A stretch of 64,000 nt of DNA from a virus: IMG/VR virus record IMGVR_UViG_3300021197_001769. One strand, written 5' to 3'. This document shows, one piece after another, positions 45,999-56,527 of this stretch; the stretch's first letter is position 1; every line of letters begins with the position of its first letter. The position numbers were made by a program, and so were the translations under genes. The notes under the pieces were generated by a model that did no database searches, was not told the origin of the DNA, and was given only the letters and a program-made list of their open reading frames with translations.

Positions 45999-46722
45999 TT
46001 AAATACTCCTTCGCTCTATCATCAAATACATTTGATCTATTTTTTATACTTCCTTTAAGATGTACTATGTAACCATCTTTATATCTTTTATCCATTTGAT
46101 TCCAATACTGATGCATCGGAACTATGTTAACACCTGACTCAACTGCAGCTATGTTAATAGCTGATTGATCATCTGACCAGAGACCTCTAGCTGTTAACCA
46201 TTCTTCTATTTGTTCATGTGATAAAAAAGGTTTCATCTTAAGTATAGTGTTTCTATCTAATAGTAATACTCCAGAATTAAAATAATTTTGTCTATATTTT
46301 TCTATTAAATGGCTTTTATTAATTCTTGATAAGTGATCAGGTTCTTTACCTTCATCAAATATTTTACCTAATCTACTTACAGCATGAAAACCTTCATCTG
46401 GGTAATAATCAATAATATTAGGACTGTCTGGGTAATAATATACATCTGTATCTAAATACAATATTCTATCATATTCAAGGTACTTATCATCTCTAAAAAT
46501 TTTAAATATTTCAAAGCAAGGAGATCTATGTTTAGTTTCTCTCTTACCTTCTAAAGTATAATCCCAACCAAATCTCTGTGCGGCTGCTCCACTAAAAATA
46601 ACTGACTTAGATTTAACATCGTCATTTCTTTCTTTTAATACGGATGCTGTAGCTGTAGTTCTATCTTCAATATCTGTATACTGATCTTGGAATATATCAA
46701 TTTGAATTAAAAGAGTTTTCAA
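45976..46722 (-). CDS. glycosyltransferase, GT8-like
   Basis: RILYLDTD, YFNSGVLL, DQSAIN, WN, VH. Confidence 0.8.
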   Translation of the reverse strand: MKTLLIQIDIFQDQYTDIEDRTTATASVLKERNDDVKSKSVIFSGAAAQRFGWDYTLEGKRETKHRSPCFEIFKIFRDDKYLEYDRILYLDTDVYYYPDSPNIIDYYPDEGFHAVSRLGKIFDEGKEPDHLSRINKSHLIEKYRQNYFNSGVLLLDRNTILKMKPFLSHEQIEEWLTARGLWSDDQSAINIAAVESGVNIVPMHQYWNQMDKRYKDGYIVHLKGSIKNRSNVFDDRAKEYLNAVSSSN

Positions 46723-46979
46723 ATATCTTGACCTTTATTTTTAAGACTATTGTATATTTCTAAAGCACCTTCTTCACTTACACATCTCATACTATAATGT
46801 TTCTCATGACTATCTAACTGAGGGTACCTTTGTATTAACGTATCTCTGAGATTCCATTGTTGCTTTACCATAAACTCATGACATGTTTTATATGATTTAA
46901 AAATATAATCACTGTTAACCACAACATGAGGTTCAACGTTAGGTTGAAGATATAATAATGCTATAATGTACCACTTCAT
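46719..46979 (-). CDS. small exported hypothetical protein
   Basis: hydrophobic N-terminus, F.SYKTC...C. Confidence 0.55.
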   Translation of the reverse strand: MKWYIIALLYLQPNVEPHVVVNSDYIFKSYKTCHEFMVKQQWNLRDTLIQRYPQLDSHEKHYSMRCVSEEGALEIYNSLKNKGQDI

Positions 46980-47224
46980 TTTACTATGCTGTTATTAGTC
47001 ATTTTTTTATAAATTGAATGTAGTATATAAAACCAAACACCGTTAATTGCAGGCTCTACTAATGCAACAAGGCCAGCTTCCCATATACTTGCTCCTGTCA
47101 TTGTACTAACAACAGTCATAGCTATTACAATATGACCTAGTGTGTAGACAATAGCTAGAGATATACTACTTCCGCCTATTAATCTTTTTATTACTTCAAA
47201 AATTCCTGATGTAAATTCTGTCAT
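46976..47224 (-). CDS. DUF2061-like membrane protein
   Basis: YTLGHIVIA...TGA..WEAG.VALVEP.IN.VWFY.LH. Confidence 0.75.
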   Translation of the reverse strand: MTEFTSGIFEVIKRLIGGSSISLAIVYTLGHIVIAMTVVSTMTGASIWEAGLVALVEPAINGVWFYILHSIYKKMTNNSIVK

Positions 47225-47322
47225 TTTATTATCCTTAATATTGTTATAGTCAATGATAGATATATGGATTTTGTTTCTTATCGTTTTTCTTCTTAAAGAG
47301 TCCTTTAAACCACATTCTAAAT

Positions 47323-48312
47323 CTAAGCCAATGTATAAACATCTTTATACCTTTCATAAAAAATATTTCCAATTAACTCATTTCCTTCTTTATTAGGATG
47401 ACCATCTAACTCTGAAATAAGTAATTCTTTTTCTGTTATTAAATCACAAAAGGTATCTCCTCCTAAGTGTCTATAAAAAGGCCAACCTATAAAGTGTTTC
47501 TTTTCTTTATCTAATATATAACTGATTTTTCTAGGTTTGTTTTCAAAGTTTGTAAGGAGAAGTTTTGATAGTTCGCTATTCCAACCTTTGTTTATTCTAA
47601 GTCTTTGTATGAATCCCATTTGTACTAATCTATTAAGTTCCCATACTGATATAGGGAAGACTCCTTGAGCAGCTATAATTTGAGCACCAATAGATTTAGC
47701 ATATTGAAATAGAGCATACATATAACCTAAGTTATCACTAAACATAATATCTAAACCATGGTCAGTAAACATTCTCTTAGCAGAAGCTGCAAAATTCATT
47801 CCCATGTCTTCCCAAGTTTTTTTCATAACTTCTTTTTTAAACATCAGAAAGTTATCTATGTTATCAACGTCATCTAAATTTTTTATTTTTTGAAGTAATT
47901 TATATTGTTTATCGTAATCTTCATCTTGAACAAAGTAAGATTTATAAACTTGAAACATAGATGTAATAGGTTTACCAGAGGTAATCTCACTCCAGTTTAA
48001 CAATTCATAAGTTAGATTAGTTTTTATTTCTGTACAAGGTATAGTATATCTATCAAAACCACTCCATGATACAAAGATAGCTTTAACATTACTTTCACCT
48101 ACTTCGGTACATTTTCTTATGATCGAATTAAAAATCCATCTATTACATGCACCGCCTTTACCTAAGTCAAACCATTTATCTTCTTTAATTCCTAATTTTT
48201 TTCTTAGGTGAGCCATCCACATATCATACTCAACAGTATAATTTGGATCTATATGTTTAAAATCTGGATCTGAATAACTACAACCTGATGTAATGTATAT
48301 GTCACGCTTCAT
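47323..48312 (-). CDS. SGNH/GDSL-like hypothetical protein
   Basis: SGCSYS, LGKGGACN..I, WSGFDR, DGHPN.EG...I; paralog-like to 24720. Confidence 0.55.
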   Translation of the reverse strand: MKRDIYITSGCSYSDPDFKHIDPNYTVEYDMWMAHLRKKLGIKEDKWFDLGKGGACNRWIFNSIIRKCTEVGESNVKAIFVSWSGFDRYTIPCTEIKTNLTYELLNWSEITSGKPITSMFQVYKSYFVQDEDYDKQYKLLQKIKNLDDVDNIDNFLMFKKEVMKKTWEDMGMNFAASAKRMFTDHGLDIMFSDNLGYMYALFQYAKSIGAQIIAAQGVFPISVWELNRLVQMGFIQRLRINKGWNSELSKLLLTNFENKPRKISYILDKEKKHFIGWPFYRHLGGDTFCDLITEKELLISELDGHPNKEGNELIGNIFYERYKDVYTLA

Positions 48313-48484
48313 TTTCTAAATTCCTTAAATCTGCTTCTGCTTCTTCTGGAGTTAAATACGGACCTATCATTTTAAAATCACCCTTAGGACTAAATTCATA
48401 GATGTACCAACCTGTATCTCCATATATACTAGGTTGTAGCTGGTACTGATACTTTCCTCGTTTCGAGGAAAATGAAGTTGACAT
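48302..48484 (-). CDS. hypothetical protein
   Basis: coupled ORF. Confidence 0.5.
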   Translation of the reverse strand: MSTSFSSKRGKYQYQLQPSIYGDTGWYIYEFSPKGDFKMIGPYLTPEEAEADLRNLENEA

Positions 48485-48683
48485 AACCCTCTCCGTTTAC
48501 AATATAAAAACCTTCACCATTATCTATCTGCTTTTGCCATTCATCTTCTGACATTATCTCTCTAAAATATGTCCAAGCTAGATCAATTGATTCATAAAAG
48601 TATATTTGAATATTAGATTGTTGTACACCTTTATCTGTTTCTGTACTTGTAGTTCTTCTTACAAATAGTTTTTCTTCACCCAT
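48429..48683 (-). CDS. hypothetical protein
   Basis: coupled ORF. Confidence 0.5.
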   Translation of the reverse strand: MGEEKLFVRRTTSTETDKGVQQSNIQIYFYESIDLAWTYFREIMSEDEWQKQIDNGEGFYIVNGEGYVNFIFLETRKVSVPATT

Positions 48684-49354
48684 TCTTCACTCACTTCTGT
48701 TGGATTAGGGGATCCGTGAAATATACACACTTTAGCTCCATTAGGTATTTCTCTACCGAACATTTGAGAACGATCACCTGCGTGTTTACCTCTATCGATT
48801 CCTTTTTTATAGCTCCACAACCACTCATCAGGAAAAACATTAAGAAACTCAGGATAATAATTGCAGTAACTCGATATAACATTTTGATCTCCAAAAAAGT
48901 TTATCTTTTTTTGATACTCATGCCACATTTTATAATTACTCATATAATAGGAATATATTCCTGCTGAGTTTTTAGTATTAAATCTTATAGCAGAGGAATT
49001 ATATTCTTTTCCGGGGAGAAGACCGTTGTCAGGCCTGATAAAATCTCTAATAACAGCAAAGGATTGATGCTCAAAGAAACAATCGACATTATCAACAATA
49101 ACAACGTCAAGATCAAAGTATAAGTATTCGCCATCTGGTAACACTCCGGGTTTAAACATTTGAAGTTTGTTCCACCAACCTACTTCATCAGTATTTAACT
49201 CACAAGGAATATAATTAGGATAAAGATCAACCTGATCTGTTAAGACATAAAAAGAGAACTCTTTAGTAGAGTTTCTTTTAACCATATTATACAATCTATG
49301 TGTATACTCTGCACTATATTTCGTACCCCAGTTTACACAAACTACATTAACCAT
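48659..49354 (-). CDS. glycosyltransferase (GT-A fold)
   Basis: VCVNWGTKY, GWWNKL..F, LYFDLDVVI, NSS, GDQ, FHG.PNP. Confidence 0.85.
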   Translation of the reverse strand: MVNVVCVNWGTKYSAEYTHRLYNMVKRNSTKEFSFYVLTDQVDLYPNYIPCELNTDEVGWWNKLQMFKPGVLPDGEYLYFDLDVVIVDNVDCFFEHQSFAVIRDFIRPDNGLLPGKEYNSSAIRFNTKNSAGIYSYYMSNYKMWHEYQKKINFFGDQNVISSYCNYYPEFLNVFPDEWLWSYKKGIDRGKHAGDRSQMFGREIPNGAKVCIFHGSPNPTEVSEEWVKKNYL

Positions 49355-50159
49355 AAACTAACTTCGCAAAATCCATATTCAATTCTCTATAATGCTTTAG
49401 GTTTATATTCTCAGGAATATTATAAAATTTTTCACCTAAAGGCTTTCTATATTTACTTTTATAGTCGATCTTTATATTCTTTTCTAGTAACTTGCCCCAG
49501 TAGTATACATGATAAGAAGATGTAATAATTTTTTTATGTAATTTTAACTGATTGATAACTACATTCATTTTATTAAAGTTACTCATATGTTGACCTTCAA
49601 TAGCTCTTTTTCCATTACCTGAACCAACTATTAAAGTACCTAATGAACCAGACCTAGATAAATTTATTTTATCTTCATTTGTCATAGTATCTAAATCATT
49701 ACCTCTTACATCTTTATTATTATCTAATAAAGGATTTAGACAAGATACACAGGGCACAAATTTAAATGGAGTATTTTTTTGTCTAATGCCAACGTGATCG
49801 AACGAATTGAATATAGGATGCGTAAAGAATTCTTCATCGAGTCCAGCTCCCCATATTATTTTTTTCTTAGCTTTTATTCTTGTATCCCAAAGCCATAATT
49901 TTTTCATCCAGTCAGCAGTTGAAAATAAACCACCTCCGCCAACAATTAATAAATCACATTCAATAAATTCTGGATTGTCAAGCATATCAATAACTTGACC
50001 TTTGTAGTTAGGGAAATAATGATGAGGTGAAGACCACCAATCTCCTGGATTATTTTGGTCTTTGCGATGTAGGTAGACGATCTTCTGGGTCATTATTAAA
50101 CTTCCATATTCCAACTGTATGTTGGTTATTTTTTTCATGCGGGTACTCTTCGTGAGCAA
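49347..50159 (-). CDS. polysaccharide pyruvyltransferase-like protein
   Basis: N.GD, IVGGGGL, WGAG, GIR, ITSSYH. Confidence 0.65.
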   Translation of the reverse strand: MLTKSTRMKKITNIQLEYGSLIMTQKIVYLHRKDQNNPGDWWSSPHHYFPNYKGQVIDMLDNPEFIECDLLIVGGGGLFSTADWMKKLWLWDTRIKAKKKIIWGAGLDEEFFTHPIFNSFDHVGIRQKNTPFKFVPCVSCLNPLLDNNKDVRGNDLDTMTNEDKINLSRSGSLGTLIVGSGNGKRAIEGQHMSNFNKMNVVINQLKLHKKIITSSYHVYYWGKLLEKNIKIDYKSKYRKPLGEKFYNIPENINLKHYRELNMDFAKLVYG

Positions 50160-50733
50160 CTAAACCAAATTTATAGTCAGGTGGTACAGTAGCATATAAG
50201 TCACCTTGTACCAGTACCCACTTATATTTATTCTGTAGAGAAACTAAGAATTCCTCTCTATGCCTATGTGGCCAATGTTGTAGCACTTCTTTTACAATAA
50301 TTAAATTACCTCCAGGAAGATCGTTCCAATCAGTAAGTTTAATAAATTCTGCTCTAGGATTAGTACAATTAAGTTCAGCTCTTTCTAAAGCTGTATCACT
50401 TACATCATATCCTGTATATCTTATTTCATCAGGCCATTCAATGTCTTTATATAAAAAATAAGGACCACATCCAAAATCATGTACTGTAATAGGTTTATGT
50501 TTTCTTAAAGCTTTGAATAGATACCTGAACCATACCTTTGCGTTATCAGGAATAGAACCAGAACCAGCTCCTTGAGCTTTTCTCCATCTATTAGTTTTAT
50601 AGACGTCTTCAAAAATCTCTTCCATTTCTGGTTTTTCGTAATCAGTTTTATCTATACCTGTAGCTTTATGACTGTATTGCGCGTTCAATTTTTTCTCTCT
50701 CCATAGGTATAAGATACTTTTTAGCCCATTCAA
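50050..50733 (-). CDS. class I SAM-dependent methyltransferase
   Basis: F..VY..N.W, GSGS, DFGCG, Y.GYDVS, KEVLQH. Confidence 0.8.
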   Translation of the reverse strand: MNGLKSILYLWREKKLNAQYSHKATGIDKTDYEKPEMEEIFEDVYKTNRWRKAQGAGSGSIPDNAKVWFRYLFKALRKHKPITVHDFGCGPYFLYKDIEWPDEIRYTGYDVSDTALERAELNCTNPRAEFIKLTDWNDLPGGNLIIVKEVLQHWPHRHREEFLVSLQNKYKWVLVQGDLYATVPPDYKFGLVAHEEYPHEKNNQHTVGIWKFNNDPEDRLPTSQRPK

Positions 50734-51313
50734 AAGCCATATCGTCTCTTTTAGTTATTTTATTTTGTCTAGATAATTGTGCAGTTTTATCTGAACTTAT
50801 CTTTTCTGCTTTATATACTATGTTTACCCTTCGTAGAACGTTGGCTGCCTTAGCTAACTCTACTGCGTAAGTATCTACATACCAATGTAAAAACATTGGA
50901 TGTGACATGTATCCTAATAGATCATACCATTGTCTAGTTACCATAAAGTGAGGAGCTCCTCCTTTACCTCTACCATCATCAGGTACAATAACACTTATAG
51001 GATACTTTTTTGCTTCTTCATAAACTATATCATCCCAGTTATTTGTTTGCATTATCTCTGCATCACCTGACATAAAAAGAATGTCACCTTTAGCTCTACT
51101 AGAAGCGATATTCCATCCATGGTTAGCATAAAACTCTAAGCCTATATGTAAATAATTTTTTGGAATTAACTTTCGATAATCCGCTAAACACGGGTCATTT
51201 TGATTTATATAAATTTGAAATTCAATATCACCCTTAGTAGTATCTTTAAATGATTCTACCATTCTTGCGCACTTCTCTGGTCTTCCTCTAGATGGAACAC
51301 ATATACTTATCAT
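50666..51313 (-). CDS. glycosyltransferase, GT2-like
   Basis: ISICVPSRGRP, WN......AKGDIL, HWYVD. Confidence 0.75.
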   Translation of the reverse strand: MISICVPSRGRPEKCARMVESFKDTTKGDIEFQIYINQNDPCLADYRKLIPKNYLHIGLEFYANHGWNIASSRAKGDILFMSGDAEIMQTNNWDDIVYEEAKKYPISVIVPDDGRGKGGAPHFMVTRQWYDLLGYMSHPMFLHWYVDTYAVELAKAANVLRRVNIVYKAEKISSDKTAQLSRQNKITKRDDMAFEWAKKYLIPMEREKIERAIQS

Positions 51314-52323
51314 ATTCTTTTCTCAGTCCATGTCTTAGGAGTTTTATCGTTTATAATCTCTAATGGTAGATGATACTTAAAAGGTTTAGGATTTTTTCTA
51401 ATCCAATCTGCAGTCTTTTTAACTGCTTCTTTTACTGTAGTTGTTGTTTTATAATTTAACAATTTTCTAGCTTTATCAGAAGAGCATGTAGCATGTTTTA
51501 CTTCTTGAGGTCTACCTTGCGTGTAGTATATTGGCGCTCCATTGAAACCTGATTCATTCGAACAAAGAGCAGCAAGATCGTTGATGGTAATAGACTCCTC
51601 ATCAGGACCGATATTAATAGTTTCGTAAGTAATGTTTTCATTTGTACCTATTCTTTCTAGACATTGTATACAATCACCAACATAACTAAAACATCTGGTC
51701 TGAGTACCGTCTCCATATATTATAGCTGGTTTATTTTGTAAGTTTCTATTAAGCATTATTGACATAACATTACGAAAAGGATCATCATATTTTTGATGCT
51801 CTCCAACTATATTATGAGGAACAGCTATATTCCATTCTACTTGGTGTACTTTTCCAAGGACTTTAAGCACCTCTTCAGCCGCGACTTTTGCAATTCCATA
51901 AGGATCAACTGGCTGGGGTTGCATGTCTTCTGTGAACGGTGCTGTTTGGTTACCATATCTTGCCATGCTCGTACAAAAGACAATTCTTTTGACTCCAGCT
52001 GAGATTGCAGCTGAGAAACTTGTGACTGAAGCTTCAAAGATGTTTCTTGTGATGAAACTAGGAGAGAATACAGATAAGCCTTCATGAGCAGTAGCAGCAC
52101 AATGATAAAGAAGACTACAACCTTCCATTGCTTTTTCCATACCTTTGAAATCACAACAATCAACGAGGTGAAAATCGACGAATTCTGGAACATTATCTTC
52201 TTCTCCTCCTACAAATGTATCGTTGCCGGCAACATCGTATCCTAGCTCATACATTCTAACTGCTAAGTGATGACCTAAAAATCCACCTACTCCAGTTATA
52301 AAGACTTTAAGTTTTTGTGCCAA
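51310..52323 (-). CDS. NAD-dependent sugar epimerase/dehydratase
   Basis: ITGVGGFLG, YGIAK (YxxxK), IYGDGTQTRCFSYV. Confidence 0.92.
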   Translation of the reverse strand: MAQKLKVFITGVGGFLGHHLAVRMYELGYDVAGNDTFVGGEEDNVPEFVDFHLVDCCDFKGMEKAMEGCSLLYHCAATAHEGLSVFSPSFITRNIFEASVTSFSAAISAGVKRIVFCTSMARYGNQTAPFTEDMQPQPVDPYGIAKVAAEEVLKVLGKVHQVEWNIAVPHNIVGEHQKYDDPFRNVMSIMLNRNLQNKPAIIYGDGTQTRCFSYVGDCIQCLERIGTNENITYETINIGPDEESITINDLAALCSNESGFNGAPIYYTQGRPQEVKHATCSSDKARKLLNYKTTTTVKEAVKKTADWIRKNPKPFKYHLPLEIINDKTPKTWTEKRI

Positions 52324-52672
52324 TTGTTCGTCTAACTATATCATCATGGTTAAACTCAGCCCAATATAATTCAAAAGCTACTCCGTCTTCTAAACCTTCA
52401 AACTGATGGATCTTTCCAGGTTTAACCTGAGTAAAATCTCCTGGATTAAGAATAGTTTCATCTACTAAACCATCTTGTTCTCCATTTTGCCAAACTCTAA
52501 CTATCATTTGACCTGATTCAACGTAAAAACCGTTCCACTTAAACTGGTGTTCATGTTCACTACATTTGAATCCTTTTTTAAATTCTATTCTATGAAACTC
52601 AAGAACTCCATTTGCATGTATAAGTTCTGTTTGTCCCCATATTTTTCCTGCTTTCATTATTCTGGCTCCCAA
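52307..52672 (-). CDS. cupin protein (mannose-6-phosphate isomerase-like)
   Basis: KIWG, CSEHEH..K, V.PG..HQF. Confidence 0.75.
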   Translation of the reverse strand: MGARIMKAGKIWGQTELIHANGVLEFHRIEFKKGFKCSEHEHQFKWNGFYVESGQMIVRVWQNGEQDGLVDETILNPGDFTQVKPGKIHQFEGLEDGVAFELYWAEFNHDDIVRRTIGTKT

Positions 52673-53184
52673 TCTTCTCTTACAAAAATATAATCATGAC
52701 CTTGTAAGTGATCAATTTCTTTAAGTTCATAACCCCAACTTTCTAGTAACCATTGGGATTCATTATCTCCTTTATTAATTTCAACGCATATTACAGGATT
52801 GCATCGATCTATAGTTTTCTTAGCTCCTCTTAATACTTTAGGTTCCCACCCTTCTACATCAATTTTTATAAAGTCTACATCGTTATAGTTAAATTGATCT
52901 AAAGTTTTTACTCTAACTGCTCTATCGCCTTTTCCTTTAATCCTACCAGCTTTAAAATTAGTATAAGCTGTATAATCTGAATCTCCTAGTGCTATTGCAT
53001 AAGCAATTAAATTTTCTACTTTAAATTTTTTTTTAATCCTAAACTCAAAACCTATAACATCGTCAAAAGCCGGCATCATATATTTTGCAAAATCTCCACC
53101 TCTAAAACCTACGTCTATTCCTCTACGAAAATTTTGTATATATGGAGCGCATTGGTTCCAAGTACCTAAGTATACGTCCGCCAT
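52657..53184 (-). CDS. FkbM-family methyltransferase
   Basis: IDVG...G, GFE, ALG, TLD, FIKIDVEGWE..VL.GA. Confidence 0.85.
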   Translation of the reverse strand: MADVYLGTWNQCAPYIQNFRRGIDVGFRGGDFAKYMMPAFDDVIGFEFRIKKKFKVENLIAYAIALGDSDYTAYTNFKAGRIKGKGDRAVRVKTLDQFNYNDVDFIKIDVEGWEPKVLRGAKKTIDRCNPVICVEINKGDNESQWLLESWGYELKEIDHLQGHDYIFVREDWEPE

Positions 53185-53963
53185 GCAGCTTCTCCTATTT
53201 CATTCATTTTATTAATTACATTTTTAAGATCTTTTACATCCAAAGCATTAGCACCATCAGAAGGAGCATTATCCGGATCATCGTGAACTTCTAAAAAGAA
53301 ATTTTCTACTCCCATTCCTGCAGCTGCGTTAGCTAATCTCGGAACGTAGTCACGGTTGCCACCAGATGATGTACCTTTTCCTCCAGGTTTTTGAACGCTG
53401 TGCGTAACATCAAAAACGAACAAACTAGGGTAGTTATCAATAATATATTGCATACCAGTGAAATCATTAACCAATGTATTATATCCAAAACTCGTACCTC
53501 TCTCAGTAATCCAGACATCTTTAGCTTTTTCGGTCTTAGAAAGAATTCCGCCTACATCCCAAGGAGCTAAAAACTGTCCTTTTTTAATATTTACTACTTT
53601 GTCGGTTTCACATGCTCTTTTTATGAGATCGGTTTGTCTACAAAGAAAAGCGGGAATTTGAATAACATCTATTTCATGCCCTTCTTTTTCAATATAATCT
53701 ATTTGACTAACTTCATGAACATCAGTTAAAAAACTAACATTAGGAAAACATAGTTTAAGCGCTGAAAAATCAATTAAAGTCTCTTCAATACCAATACCTC
53801 TTTTACTTGTAATAGAGGTTCTATTAGCTTTATCAAAACTAGCTTTAAAAATTAATCTTTTACATTTACCTTCAGTAGCGCGAACTATCTGTTCAAGTAA
53901 AAATTTCGAATGATCTAAAGATTCGTGTTGACATGGACCTATAATTAAATTATTTAGCATCAC
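53166..53963 (-). CDS. kdsA: Kdo-8-phosphate synthase
   Basis: GPC..ES, FKASFDKANRTS, TDVHE, QIPAFLCRQTDL, KKGQFLAP, ERG..FGY, FD.THSVQ.PG, SDG. Confidence 0.96.
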   Translation of the reverse strand: MMLNNLIIGPCQHESLDHSKFLLEQIVRATEGKCKRLIFKASFDKANRTSITSKRGIGIEETLIDFSALKLCFPNVSFLTDVHEVSQIDYIEKEGHEIDVIQIPAFLCRQTDLIKRACETDKVVNIKKGQFLAPWDVGGILSKTEKAKDVWITERGTSFGYNTLVNDFTGMQYIIDNYPSLFVFDVTHSVQKPGGKGTSSGGNRDYVPRLANAAAGMGVENFFLEVHDDPDNAPSDGANALDVKDLKNVINKMNEIGEAAWRTYT

Positions 53964-54390
53964 TATCCCTTGAGACTAAACCAGCTTCATATAGCTTTTC
54001 TCTATTAGCTAAATGAATACCAGCTATTTCATCTTTGCTTTGACCATAATAAGGTGCAGCATAATTATTTTGAATAAGATAATCATTTATTGATGTAGTA
54101 TCTTTCTTATTATATAATCGTCCTACAATACGTCCGAATTTACCTACTGCATCATATTGATCAGTTCTTAAAATAAGAGTATCAGTTCTATCTAGATATT
54201 CTTGAACAACTTCAGAAGCTATTTTACCAAACTTCTTTTCAGTTTTGTCTCTAGTTCTACTTTCAGGAGTATCAACTCCATATAATCTTATTCTTTCTTT
54301 TCTTAACCATACACCAAAACCTAAATCAATATCTACGTCTACTGTATCACCGTCTACTACTCTTACTAATTCACATCTATATTCGTACAT
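53950..54390 (-). CDS. thermonuclease (SNase-like)
   Basis: RVVDGDT, RIRLYGVDTPE, GKFGR. Confidence 0.9.
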   Translation of the reverse strand: MYEYRCELVRVVDGDTVDVDIDLGFGVWLRKERIRLYGVDTPESRTRDKTEKKFGKIASEVVQEYLDRTDTLILRTDQYDAVGKFGRIVGRLYNKKDTTSINDYLIQNNYAAPYYGQSKDEIAGIHLANREKLYEAGLVSRDSDAK

Positions 54391-55154
54391 TATCTTCTCT
54401 CTATGTCTTCTTCAGTTAATTGATCTCCAAACCAAACTTCTATAACTTTAGCTACCTTATTAGTCTTGTTATAGCCTTTATGCCAAGTAAGTCTCGGTAT
54501 ATCAAAAGATTGTTTAGGATGAAAAGTATCTTCCATCTTATCACCATTAGCATATTCAAAAGTCATTGTGACTTCACCTTCTACGATATGCCAATGCTCC
54601 GAGCGATGAGCATGCTTCTGATCAGATAAGCTTTTACCAGGTTCAATAGTTAATTCTTTAACTGCGAATCCTTTTTGTTCATCTAACACTCTATACCAAC
54701 CCCAAGGTCTTTTAATGATTGGTTTTTTCCAATCTTCTAATATTTTAGAACTAGCATTTAACTTAGTTCTTCCTCCTACTCCAAACTTAAATTCAACATC
54801 AAAATCTGAAATACTTGAAGCGTCCATTTCTGGTATATTAGTCTTTGTTCTATCTCCGCCGTTCATAAAAATTAATTGACCGTCTGGAAACATAGCAGCT
54901 GCTCTTACAATAAGATCTGATGCACTGTCATCTTCATCATTAAATGAAGTAGCATAGTTCACATCATGGAGAGCTTTCAATACTTTAACTCTCTCTACAA
55001 AAGGCATAAAAGGTCTAGTCTTTTTCCTACTTAACCATTCATCTGAATTAACTCCTACTAAGAGAAAATCACAATGTTGTTTCGCTGCTTTAATATAGGC
55101 AATATGACCTGAATGTATTGGGTCAAAACCACCTGAAATAATTCCTATTTTCAT
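54390..55154 (-). CDS. sugar nucleotidyltransferase (HIGH) fused to a C-terminal cupin/PMI domain
   Basis: SGGFDPIHSGH, GVNSD.WL.RKK, NGGDR; then RPWGWY, LS.Q.H..RSEHW. Confidence 0.88.
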   Translation of the reverse strand: MKIGIISGGFDPIHSGHIAYIKAAKQHCDFLLVGVNSDEWLSRKKTRPFMPFVERVKVLKALHDVNYATSFNDEDDSASDLIVRAAAMFPDGQLIFMNGGDRTKTNIPEMDASSISDFDVEFKFGVGGRTKLNASSKILEDWKKPIIKRPWGWYRVLDEQKGFAVKELTIEPGKSLSDQKHAHRSEHWHIVEGEVTMTFEYANGDKMEDTFHPKQSFDIPRLTWHKGYNKTNKVAKVIEVWFGDQLTEEDIERR

Positions 55155-55792
55155 AAATTAAAATCCCTATCACTAGTTAGTGAAATTGTATTAATAGAAT
55201 CTAAAGTAGCACATCTTGGTTTTATACTTTGAATTCTGATTCCTGTTCGATCTGATATATGCATATCAGCTGCCGTAAAACCTTGATTAAAAGTTGCATC
55301 AATAAGTTTTTTAGCTGCATGAGGTTTAATAATATAAGCATGAGCTCCATTTAAGGTATTAAAACTTTTTCTCATAAACTTCTCATCAACTACTTTTAGT
55401 TTATCGTTTGGACCTTCTGGAGGCAAAACGTTTTTATATGGATCTAATTGCAATACATCGTCAAATTCTACATCTGGAATATCATTAATTAATCTTCCAT
55501 CATGCTCAAATATACAAGTAACTTCGTCGTTGTCAAAACAACTTTGCCATAAGCTAAAGTGCGACATAAAACAACCTCTTACTCCTGGTTTACTATTTTT
55601 AATATCAAATAGTTTAGGACCTGGGCTAAAAGGTTTAATACCTAAGCTTTCCATTTTTGCATCTGCTCTTTGAGGTGTATAACCATGGAATAGCCTTGCT
55701 TCTATATTGAAAATACTACACCCTACTTTAGCTTCTTCTGCAGACTTAACTGTATGAGGTACTTCAGGTAAATAAATTATATATGTTTTCAT
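55151..55792 (-). CDS. glycosyltransferase family 25
   Basis: YII.L, GCFMSH..LW, IFEHD, GAHAYII.P.AA.KL, AD. Confidence 0.85.
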   Translation of the reverse strand: MKTYIIYLPEVPHTVKSAEEAKVGCSIFNIEARLFHGYTPQRADAKMESLGIKPFSPGPKLFDIKNSKPGVRGCFMSHFSLWQSCFDNDEVTCIFEHDGRLINDIPDVEFDDVLQLDPYKNVLPPEGPNDKLKVVDEKFMRKSFNTLNGAHAYIIKPHAAKKLIDATFNQGFTAADMHISDRTGIRIQSIKPRCATLDSINTISLTSDRDFNL

Positions 55793-55804
55793 CTGTTATT
55801 CCAA

Positions 55805-56527
55805 TCATAATCCATACATTTCTCTCAATGTAGCTTGCCATTCTCTAGCATGAGGACAGTCTCTATATTTTTCGAACCAAGGTCCACCGTCAGTATAATG
55901 TATAAGTGAAGGAGGAGCATCATAGTAACCTGCTAAACTATTCCATTTACTATCTAACGAACCTACTTCTTCTCCATTACCTGCCCAATTCATTCTATGT
56001 AAGAACATAGGTGTCTCTTCATTAACTAAATCAGGAGTCAAGTTTTCACAAAGTTCATTATCAAATACCATAACTGACGACCAGTTTTTTCTAGGGTAGA
56101 TATGTTGCATCTGACCATCCATTTTCATAGCACTTCCTGGTGTGTAGTCATGTTGCACACACCATACAGGTTTTCTATCATCGTCAGTATTAATTTCTCT
56201 CATGATTTCCTGTACGTCTCCCATTGCTAATACATCACAATCACAGAACATACTATAACCTTCGTAACCTGATAAAAAAGGTACTAAGAATCTACTTATA
56301 GTAAACTCTGTAGATGCTTTTTTATCTCCAGCTCTCCAATAGCTTCCTTTATCCCTTAACTCATAAAGCTTTAACGGTTTAATATCTATATGAGAATTAT
56401 ATTTGAGCATAGAATATCTAGCTACTTGATAAGCTATATCTTCTCTACTATCCCAACCTATAAAAACTTTAAGATCCATATGCATTCTCCATACTAGTTT
56501 CCCAAGCAAAACCATTTCTAAATTCAT
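55805..56527 (-). CDS. glycosyltransferase (GT-A)
   Basis: VFIGWDSRE, STEFT.SRFLVP, FCDCD, YPRKNWSS, HYT.GGPW. Confidence 0.85.
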   Translation of the reverse strand: MNLEMVLLGKLVWRMHMDLKVFIGWDSREDIAYQVARYSMLKYNSHIDIKPLKLYELRDKGSYWRAGDKKASTEFTISRFLVPFLSGYEGYSMFCDCDVLAMGDVQEIMREINTDDDRKPVWCVQHDYTPGSAMKMDGQMQHIYPRKNWSSVMVFDNELCENLTPDLVNEETPMFLHRMNWAGNGEEVGSLDSKWNSLAGYYDAPPSLIHYTDGGPWFEKYRDCPHAREWQATLREMYGL

